From positions 1,380,001 to 1,412,000 of the forward strand of contig NC_000854.2 of the NCBI RefSeq assembly GCF_000011125.1: a stretch of 32,000 nt of DNA. Direction: 5' to 3'. Both the position numbers and the translations under genes were made by a program. The DNA comes from Aeropyrum pernix K1. Its GTDB lineage: Archaea > Thermoproteota > Thermoprotei_A > Sulfolobales > Acidilobaceae. Positions 25,218 to 32,000 of the stretch are shown here, piece by piece. Numbering within the stretch: position 1 is the stretch's first letter; every line of letters begins with the position of its first letter. Under the pieces are notes generated by a model that was not told where the DNA came from, did no database searches, and was given only the letters and a program-made list of their open reading frames with translations.

Positions 25218-27575
25218 TTGTCTCAGGGTAGAAGGTATATTGGTAAGAGGGTTAAGCGTAAAGAGGACCCGCGCTTCATAACCGGAAGGGGCCTATACGT
25301 CGACGACATTAAGCTCCCGGGCATGGTGTACGCCGCTTTCCTGAGGGCGAGCTACGCCCACGCGAGGATAAAGTCTATAGACACCTCTAAGGCGGAGAAA
25401 ATGCCGGGGGTAGTAGGAGTCTACACTGGAGAGTACTTCAAAGATAAAGTTGCTCCCCTCACAACGGCCTGGGCGCTGGCTAACGCCGACTTGAAGCCCG
25501 TTTTCTGGCCGGTGGTAGCCCACGATAAGGTGAGGTTTACAGGGGATATTGTGGCGGTTGTCGTGGCCGAGGACCCATACACCGCCTACGACGCCCTGGA
25601 GGCCATAGATGTCGAGTATGAGCCCCTGCCCGTTGTTGTCGACGTTGAGGAGGCCATAAAGCCCGGTGCCCCCCAGCTCCATGACGAGGCCCCGGGTAAC
25701 ATAGCCTTTAAATGGAGGTTCTCCGGCGGCGAGAGCTTTGACAAGGTTGCAGAGAAGGCTGATGTGGTTATAAAGCAGAGGATGGTAAACCAGAGGCTAA
25801 TACCCAGCGCCATGGAGACTAGGGGTGCTGTAGCCAGCTTCAACAGGGGTCTGGAGGAGCTGACTCTATGGGTCACCTCGCAGAATCCCCATGTCCATAG
25901 GCTCGTCCTCTCCGGCGTGCTGGGACTGCCGGAGCATAAGATCAGGGTTATAGCGCCCGATGTAGGCGGCGGCTTCGGCAGCAAGATCCCCGTCTACCCG
26001 GGGGAGGTGATAGTATCCAGGCTGGCTATGGACCTGGGGGTTCCGGTTAAGTGGGTTGAGACGAGGAGGGAGAACTTCGTCGGCACAATCCACGGGAGGG
26101 ACCATGTGGAGTATGTGGAGGCGGCTGCCACGAGGGACGGGAGACTCCTCGGCGTAAGGGTTAAGACTCTGGCTAACATGGGGGCCTACCTCTCCACGGC
26201 GGCCCCCGGAGTCCCCACCATACTCTTCGGCCTGATGCTCCAGGGACCATACAAGATCGAGTCGGTGGACGTCGAGGTCCTGGGGGTGCTGACGAACACG
26301 ACCCCCGTCGACGCATACCGGGGTGCAGGGAGGCCTGAGGCAACCTACATCCTCGAGAGGGTTATGGACCTGGTGGCGAGAAAGCTGGGGCTCGACCCCG
26401 CTGAGGTCAGGAGGAGGAACCTCATCGAGGAGGCTCCCTACACCACTGTGACAGGCCTCGTCTACGACAGCGGCAGGTACAAGGAGGTGTTCGAGAAGGC
26501 GCTCCAGATAGCTGAGTACGAGAAGTGGAGGGAGGAGCAGATGAAGGCCAGGCAGGAGGGGAGGCTGATAGGTATAGGGATATCGAGCTACATAGAGATG
26601 TGCGGCCTAGCCCCCTCTAGGATAGCGAGGGCCACGGGCTTCGGCCTTGGCCTCTACGAGAGCGTCACAATAAGGGTTCACCCCACTGGCAAGGTGAGCG
26701 TCTACACAGGATCACACCCCCACGGCCAGGGTGAGGAGACCTCCTTCGCCCAGATAGTGGCTGAGGAGCTGGGCGTCCCGGTGGAGGACGTCGAGATCAT
26801 ACATGGTGACACGGACGAGACACCCTTCGGCCTGGGTACCTACGGCAGCAGGACGACGCCTGTGGGCGGCGGCGCTGTGGCCCTCGCCGCCAGGAGGATA
26901 AGGGAGAAGGCCAGGAAGATAGCGGCTGCCCTGCTCGAGGCCAGGGAGGAGGATGTAGTGTTCTCGGAGGGCAAGTTCCACGTGAAGGGCCATCCCGAGA
27001 AGAGTGTGTCGTTCCAGGAGGTAGCCCTGGAGGCCTACCTGGCTGACAAGCTTCCCGAGGGGCTGGAGCCGGGGTTGGAGGCGACCACCTTCTACGACCC
27101 CGAGAACTTCGTGTTCCCCTACGGCACCCACGTGTGTATAGTAGAGGTTGACAGGGATACGTGGAAGCCTAAGATACTGAGGTATGTGGCTGTGGACGAT
27201 GCAGGCGTGATAATAAATCCGATGCTGGCTGAGGGCCAGGTTCACGGAGGCGTCGTTCAGGGCATAGCCCAGGCCCTCTTCGAGTATGCCGTGTACGATG
27301 AGAGCGGCAACCTTCTCACCGCAGGGTTCAACGACTACATGATACCCACTGCCAAGGACCTCCCTAACATAGAATCCTACTTCGTCGAGACTCCCTCACC
27401 CCACAACCCGCTGGGCGCCAAGGGCATAGGGGAGACCGGCACTATAGCCTCTACCCCCGCCGTCGTGAACGCGGTGCTGGACGCCCTCGCCCACCTGGGC
27501 GTGGAGCACATAGACATGCCCCTAACGCCCCACAACATTTGGAAGGCCCTTAAGGATAAGGGGGTGGTGAAGTAG
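25218..27575 (+). CDS. Xanthine dehydrogenase-family molybdopterin-binding large subunit (CoxL form II-like)
   Basis: VKRKEDPRFITGRGLYVDDIKLPGMVYAAFLRA, DVGGGFGSK, active-site loop AYRGAGR (26313-26333), GAKGIGETGTI. AYRGAGR is form II rather than the form I AYxCSFR. Confidence 0.94.
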   Translation: MSQGRRYIGKRVKRKEDPRFITGRGLYVDDIKLPGMVYAAFLRASYAHARIKSIDTSKAEKMPGVVGVYTGEYFKDKVAPLTTAWALANADLKPVFWPVVAHDKVRFTGDIVAVVVAEDPYTAYDALEAIDVEYEPLPVVVDVEEAIKPGAPQLHDEAPGNIAFKWRFSGGESFDKVAEKADVVIKQRMVNQRLIPSAMETRGAVASFNRGLEELTLWVTSQNPHVHRLVLSGVLGLPEHKIRVIAPDVGGGFGSKIPVYPGEVIVSRLAMDLGVPVKWVETRRENFVGTIHGRDHVEYVEAAATRDGRLLGVRVKTLANMGAYLSTAAPGVPTILFGLMLQGPYKIESVDVEVLGVLTNTTPVDAYRGAGRPEATYILERVMDLVARKLGLDPAEVRRRNLIEEAPYTTVTGLVYDSGRYKEVFEKALQIAEYEKWREEQMKARQEGRLIGIGISSYIEMCGLAPSRIARATGFGLGLYESVTIRVHPTGKVSVYTGSHPHGQGEETSFAQIVAEELGVPVEDVEIIHGDTDETPFGLGTYGSRTTPVGGGAVALAARRIREKARKIAAALLEAREEDVVFSEGKFHVKGHPEKSVSFQEVALEAYLADKLPEGLEPGLEATTFYDPENFVFPYGTHVCIVEVDRDTWKPKILRYVAVDDAGVIINPMLAEGQVHGGVVQGIAQALFEYAVYDESGNLLTAGFNDYMIPTAKDLPNIESYFVETPSPHNPLGAKGIGETGTIASTPAVVNAVLDALAHLGVEHIDMPLTPHNIWKALKDKGVVK

Positions 27576-28453
27576 TGTACCCGGCTAGCTTCGAGGTCCT
27601 CATACCAAAGAGCCTCGATGAGGCTCTGGACATGCTGGAGAAGTATGGTGACAACGCTAAAGTGCTGGCGGGGGGCCACAGCCTCATACCCATGATGAGG
27701 CTCAGGCTGGTGAAGCCCACCTACGTTATATACATTGGCAGGATACCCGGGCTCTCATACATCAGGGAGGAGGGCGGCGAGATAAGGATAGGGGCGTTGA
27801 CGACCCACAACGAGATAGAGGAGTCCAGCCTGCTGAAGGAGAAGAACCCGCTCCTGAGCGAGACAGCCTCTAAAATAGGGGACCTCCAGGTCAGGAACAT
27901 GGGGACAATAGGAGGCAGCCTGGCCCACGCAGACCCCGCCGCAGACTACCCGGCAGCCCTAGCCGCTCTGGAGGCGAGCGTCGTCCTCAGGAGCAAGGCT
28001 GGGGAAAGGGTGGTAAAGCTAGAGGACTTCATAATCGGCCCCTACATAACAGACCTCCAGCCAAGCGAGCTGCTCGTCGAGGTGAGAGTTCCATCCCTCT
28101 CAGGCCGCTTCGGGACCGCCTACGAGAAGCTGGTCTTCAGGGCCTCGGACTTCGCCATAGTTGGGGTAGCAGCCCTCGTACAGCTCTCAGGAGACGGGAC
28201 GGCGGAGAAGGTGAGAGTAGGCCTCACCGGCGTTGACGAGAAGCCGGTCAGGGCTAGAGGAGTGGAGGAGGAGCTGGAGGGCAAGAGGCTCAGCGAGGAC
28301 CTCATAGCCAGAGCGGCTGAGAGGGCGTCGGAGGGGATAAACCCGCCCACGGACATCAGGGCTTCCGCAGAGTATAGGAAGAGGATGGCCAGGGCCCTCA
28401 CCAAGAGGGCCCTAACACGGGCCTTCAGGAAGGCGGCGGGCAAAACTGGCTAG
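27575..28453 (+). CDS. coxM: FAD-binding medium subunit of xanthine dehydrogenase family (CoxM-like)
   Basis: KVLAGGHSLIPMMRLRL and GTIGGSLAHADPAADYPAALAAL FAD-binding motifs; 1-nt overlap with the coxL-like stop. Confidence 0.94.
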   Translation: MYPASFEVLIPKSLDEALDMLEKYGDNAKVLAGGHSLIPMMRLRLVKPTYVIYIGRIPGLSYIREEGGEIRIGALTTHNEIEESSLLKEKNPLLSETASKIGDLQVRNMGTIGGSLAHADPAADYPAALAALEASVVLRSKAGERVVKLEDFIIGPYITDLQPSELLVEVRVPSLSGRFGTAYEKLVFRASDFAIVGVAALVQLSGDGTAEKVRVGLTGVDEKPVRARGVEEELEGKRLSEDLIARAAERASEGINPPTDIRASAEYRKRMARALTKRALTRAFRKAAGKTG

Positions 28454-28579
28454 GAGAGCCTCAACACACCCCCACTCTACACCCACATTTTTAACCCCGC
28501 ATTCTCCAAACCCCTATTCATACTGGGGTCCCCAGGGATCCTGCCTCCACGGCCGGGTGTCTCCCCTAGGTGTCGAGTA

Positions 28580-29476
28580 TTGATGGAGGGAGAGTGGGAG
28601 AGCTTCCTAAGGCAGCTTACGCCGGAGAAGCTTGAGGAGCTCCTCCGGAGCAGGGACTACATACCCAGCAGAGACCTTCTAATGGCCCTCTACCTCGCCC
28701 TGAAGCTCGGGAAGCCGCTTCTCGTCGAGGGGGAGCCGGGCAACGGGAAGACGGAGCTCGCCAAGGTCCTGGCCGAGGCTCTGGGCACCGAGCTTATAAG
28801 GCTCCAGTGTTATGAGGGGATAGACGCGTCCCAGGCCCTCTACGACTGGAACTATCCTAAGCAGCTCCTGGCTATAAGGATGCTGGAGAGGAGCGGTGAT
28901 GTTGAGAGTATAGAGCGGGAGATATACTCGGAGAAGTACCTGGTGAAAGGCCCCCTCCTCAGGGCGGTCACCCACAGGGGGCCGAAGCCCCCGGTGCTCC
29001 TGATAGACGAGATAGACAGGGCTGACGAGGAGTTCGAGGCTTTCCTCCTCGAGTTCCTCGCCGAGTTCCAGGTGACGGTGCCTGAGATAGGCACATTCAG
29101 GGCGGAGAGGAGGCCTATAGTGGTGATAACCTCCAACAGGACCAGGGAGGTGGGCGAGGGCCTGAGGAGGAGGTGCCTCTACGTCTACGTGACCTACCCG
29201 CCCAAGGAGAGGGAGGTGGAGATAGTGATGAGGAGGGTTAGGGGGGCTGAGAGGAGGCTCGTGGAGAAGGCTGTGGACGTTGTTGCAAGGATAAGGGCGT
29301 CCCAGGAGGTGTTGAAGAAGCCGGGGGTTTCGGAGACCATCGACTGGGTACAGGGGCTGCAGGCCCTCGGCTACAGGGATATAGATAGGAGGGCCCTGGA
29401 GGACACGCTATCCTGCCTCTTTAAGGCTCGGGAGGACCTGGAGGCGGTCTCCCTGGACGACCTGGTGGGGGGCTAA
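28580..29476 (+). CDS. MoxR-family AAA+ ATPase (CoxD-like)
   Basis: PLLVEGEPGNGKTELAKVLAEALGTELIRLQCYEGIDASQALYDWNYPKQLL, LLIDEIDRADEEFEAFLLEFL. Confidence 0.92.
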   Translation: MMEGEWESFLRQLTPEKLEELLRSRDYIPSRDLLMALYLALKLGKPLLVEGEPGNGKTELAKVLAEALGTELIRLQCYEGIDASQALYDWNYPKQLLAIRMLERSGDVESIEREIYSEKYLVKGPLLRAVTHRGPKPPVLLIDEIDRADEEFEAFLLEFLAEFQVTVPEIGTFRAERRPIVVITSNRTREVGEGLRRRCLYVYVTYPPKEREVEIVMRRVRGAERRLVEKAVDVVARIRASQEVLKKPGVSETIDWVQGLQALGYRDIDRRALEDTLSCLFKAREDLEAVSLDDLVGG

Positions 29477-29483
29477 CGCCGCT

Positions 29484-30569
29484 TTGCAGAAGGGGGGCCT
29501 CGAGGAGAGGGTTGTAGAGTTCGCTAGGCTCCTCAGGGAGAACGGTATAAGGTGCACGGTCGCCGAGTCCATAGACGCCGCTCTCGCTGCCAGCCTCGTG
29601 GGCATGGAGGACCTCGAGAGGCTGAAGCAGGCTCTCAGGGCAGCCCTCGCCAAAGACCCCGGCCGCCACAGGCTTTTCGACTACCTCTTCGACGTCTACT
29701 GGAGGGGCGCTTGGACGGCGGTACAGGTGCCCGGGAGGAGGATAGCTGTTAGGGTGGAGGTCGAGCCTGGAAGCCCGGTTGAGAGGTTCCTCAGCATCTA
29801 CAGCCCGGTGGAGGCAAGCTGGGGGGAGCCCGGGGTCGAGCCGCCCTCGGCGGCCCAGGCTAGAGCCCTCTATAGGAGTCTGGCCCTGTTGAGGAGGAGG
29901 CTCGGCCTGGAGGAGGGCAGGAGGAGGGTGCCTAGGAGGAGGGGTAGGATAGACTTCAAGAGGTCCATGAGGAGGTCCCTGAGGACCTTCGGCGAGACTG
30001 TGAGGCTGGTAAGGGCTAGCAGGAAGAGGAGTAAGACAGACATACTAGTGCTGCTTGATGTGAGCAACTCGATGAAGGACTATTGGCCCTGGATACTGGG
30101 CATCCTCAACGCTCTCCGCCGCCTACCCCCGGGCAGCTACGAGGCCTTCCTATTCAGCACAAGGCTGGTGAGGGCAACTCCAATGGTTGAGGCTGCCGGG
30201 GGGGCTGAGGACCTCAGGAGGCTCTTGTCCCGGGTGGAAGGCCTCTGGGGCAGCGGAACCAGGATTAGCCAGTCCGTCGAGGAGCTTCTCGAAAGCCACA
30301 CCCCTGCTCTCCACCGGGGCGCCGCCGTGCTGGTGTTCAGCGACGGCTGGGACCTAGGCGACCTAGGGAGGCTGGCTTCCGCGCTGGCCGAGCTGAGGCG
30401 GAGGGCGGGCTTCCTCGTATGGGTGACTCCCGAGTCGCCGCGGAGGGATGCTGGGGGCGAGCCTTCGACTATGAGGATAATCCGCCGCCACGCCGACCTC
30501 ACTATAGACTTGGAGACACTGCTAAACACCAGGAGGCTCCTAAGGCTTCTCCCGAGGTCCTCCGCCTAG
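29484..30569 (+). CDS. VWA-domain protein (CoxE-like)
   Basis: TDILVLLDVSNSMKDYWPWILGIL (MIDAS-like DVSNS), GSGTRISQSVEELL, AAVLVFSDGWDLGDLGRL; follows the MoxR gene. Confidence 0.9.
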   Translation: MQKGGLEERVVEFARLLRENGIRCTVAESIDAALAASLVGMEDLERLKQALRAALAKDPGRHRLFDYLFDVYWRGAWTAVQVPGRRIAVRVEVEPGSPVERFLSIYSPVEASWGEPGVEPPSAAQARALYRSLALLRRRLGLEEGRRRVPRRRGRIDFKRSMRRSLRTFGETVRLVRASRKRSKTDILVLLDVSNSMKDYWPWILGILNALRRLPPGSYEAFLFSTRLVRATPMVEAAGGAEDLRRLLSRVEGLWGSGTRISQSVEELLESHTPALHRGAAVLVFSDGWDLGDLGRLASALAELRRRAGFLVWVTPESPRRDAGGEPSTMRIIRRHADLTIDLETLLNTRRLLRLLPRSSA

Positions 30570-31241
30570 CTGGGAGCACATCTTCGACGCCCTCTCCAGG
30601 TCCTCCGGGGTGTCGACATCCAGGTGCAGCCCGGGATCGTCTACCTCAACAACCGCCAGGCTATCCCGGTATTTGCCGAAGAGGCTCCTCACCCCAGTAT
30701 CTCCAGAGAGTCTAAGTAGCTCGCCCCGGAGCCTTGAGTCCACGACTACAGGAGGAGCTATAGCCCCGCCAGCCATGGGGGCGGCGATGAGGGGCCTCCG
30801 GGCCATGTAGAGCGCCAGGACCCTGGCCACAGTGTGCTTCGAGACGAACGGCCTGTCCCCGTTGAAGAACAGGTAAGCCCTAGCCCCGGGCGAGGCCTCG
30901 ACGCCCAGCCTGATAGAGTGGCTCAACCCCCTCCACTGCTCCCTATTCACCACTACCCTGAAGAGCCCCCTCCTCCCCGGGGGCCTCTCCCTCCTCAAAA
31001 CGTCTGCGACCTCCCCTGATGTGACGACGACAGCGCCCTCGAGAACACCCTCAAACCGGGCTACAAGCTCCAGAACGTGCCATAAAACCCTCTTCCCGCA
31101 GAGCGGCGCCAGGAGCTTGTTGAACCCCATACGCCTAGACATGCCGGCCGCCAGCACTACGGCGTATATACCCGACCTGGGCCTGAGCAGGCCAGCGGCT
31201 GATAGAGCCAGCAGGGTGTCGAGCCCCTCCAAGGCATGCAA
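30540..31241 (-). CDS. MobA/MocA-like molybdenum-cofactor nucleotidyltransferase
   Basis: YAVVLAAGMSRRMGFNKLLAPLCGKRVLWHV, YLFFNGDRPFVS, VDVDTPEDLE; sits in the Mo-hydroxylase cluster. Confidence 0.87.
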   Translation of the reverse strand: MHALEGLDTLLALSAAGLLRPRSGIYAVVLAAGMSRRMGFNKLLAPLCGKRVLWHVLELVARFEGVLEGAVVVTSGEVADVLRRERPPGRRGLFRVVVNREQWRGLSHSIRLGVEASPGARAYLFFNGDRPFVSKHTVARVLALYMARRPLIAAPMAGGAIAPPVVVDSRLRGELLRLSGDTGVRSLFGKYRDSLAVVEVDDPGLHLDVDTPEDLERASKMCSQLGGGPREKP

Positions 31242-31301
31242 CCCTTACTGAACACTCGTAGCCAGGTTAAGTAGTTCGGAAGCCAGCCTATATCATAATC
31301 T

Positions 31302-31772
31302 ATGAGGCTGCACGCGGGGGTTTGGGGGTTGAAGGTTAGGTATGAGGGCTCATTCGAAGTGTCCAAGACTCCTGAGGAGGTCTTCGAGTTCCTCACAGAC
31401 CCCAAGAGGTTTTCACGCGCATTCCCGGGCTTCAAGTCTGTGGAGGTGGAGGACGGATCCTTCACCATAGAGCTGAGGCTGAGCCTGGGGCCGCTACGCG
31501 GGGATGCTAGGGTTAGAGCCTCGTTCGAGGACCTGGAGAAGCCTAGCAAGGCTACCGTGAAGGGCTCGGGCAGGGGTGCGGGCAGCACTCTGGACTTCAC
31601 CTTGAGATTCGCAGTAGAGCCCTCGGGAGGGGGTAGTAGGGTTAGCTGGGTTTTCGAGGGCAATGTAGGGGGGCTCGCGGCAAGCATGGGGGGCAGGGTG
31701 CTCGACAGCCTTGCCAGGAGGATGATAAACGACGTTATATCTGGGGTGAAGAGGGAGCTGGGGGAAGCCTAA
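31302..31772 (+). CDS. CoxG-like SRPBCC domain protein
   Basis: VRYEGSFEVSKTPEEVFEFLTDPKRFSRAFPGFKSVEVEDGSF..., CoxG-type SRPBCC fold signature; start may be slightly downstream. Confidence 0.85.
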   Translation: MRLHAGVWGLKVRYEGSFEVSKTPEEVFEFLTDPKRFSRAFPGFKSVEVEDGSFTIELRLSLGPLRGDARVRASFEDLEKPSKATVKGSGRGAGSTLDFTLRFAVEPSGGGSRVSWVFEGNVGGLAASMGGRVLDSLARRMINDVISGVKRELGEA

Positions 31773-31859
31773 GGCCGAAGGGGGGTTTTTAGCACACGCT
31801 TATCACCCCCGGCCACGCTATAGCTCCAGTGGAGCCCGAGCTTAGGTGGTGTGTAAAGG

Positions 31860-32000
31860 GTGGGAGGGGGCTTCAGGTTCGACGAGGAGAGTCTTAGAGA
31901 GTTCGTCGACATGGTCAGGGGGCTTATGGAGGAGGAGAGGGAGTTCGTCATAGCCACTGTCGTGAGCGTTAAGGGCTCAGCAGCCGCCAGGGTGGGCTCT
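31860..32000 (+). CDS. XdhC/CoxF-like Mo-hydroxylase maturation protein, N-terminal fragment running off the window
   Basis: Manual translation from GTG: VGGGFRFDEESLREFVDMVRGLMEEEREFVIATVVSVKGSAAARVGS, matching the XdhC N-terminus (FVIATVVSVKGSAPARVGS-like). Confidence 0.8.
   Translation, partial: MGGGFRFDEESLREFVDMVRGLMEEEREFVIATVVSVKGSAAARVGS

Noticed and set aside
1-32000. CRISPR arrays, transposases, integrases, toxin-antitoxin or defence islands
   Set aside because: No spaced direct repeats, terminal inverted repeats or mobile-element/defence protein motifs were seen; gene content is mostly housekeeping and metabolic.

Overview
The window looks like ordinary chromosomal DNA from a GC-rich hyperthermophilic crenarchaeon, probably Aeropyrum or another Desulfurococcales member (inferred from gene content; no search run). 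On the minus strand it carries a ribosomal/transcription cluster (secE, spt5/nusG, uL11, start of uL1), Mut7-C and four-CBS proteins, pcn, aspS, two tRNA genes, a DUF61 protein, and the flpA/nop5 C/D-box RNP pair. On the plus strand it carries a DUF72 protein, an Lhr-like helicase, a DHH-family protein, S30e (missing from the supplied ORF track), gatD-gatE, a ClpP/SppA-like membrane protease, and a form II coxSLM-like molybdo-flavo-hydroxylase cluster with coxD/E/G/F-like accessory genes and a convergent mocA-like gene. A Tad-like ATPase/TadB/TadC trio lies on the minus strand. I found no CRISPR array, prophage, transposon or clear defence system. The observations I consider most worth checking are: (1) a uL11 gene that appears to encode only the C-terminal domain, with its own Shine-Dalgarno; (2) a gatD reading frame with no ATG/GTG/TTG upstream of its conserved N-terminus, but a CTG preceded by a strong Shine-Dalgarno; (3) an Rpo13-like acidic/helical/lysine-tail protein; (4) tRNA-Cys with an apparent 18-nt intron; (5) small uncharacterised ORFs and structured intergenic segments.
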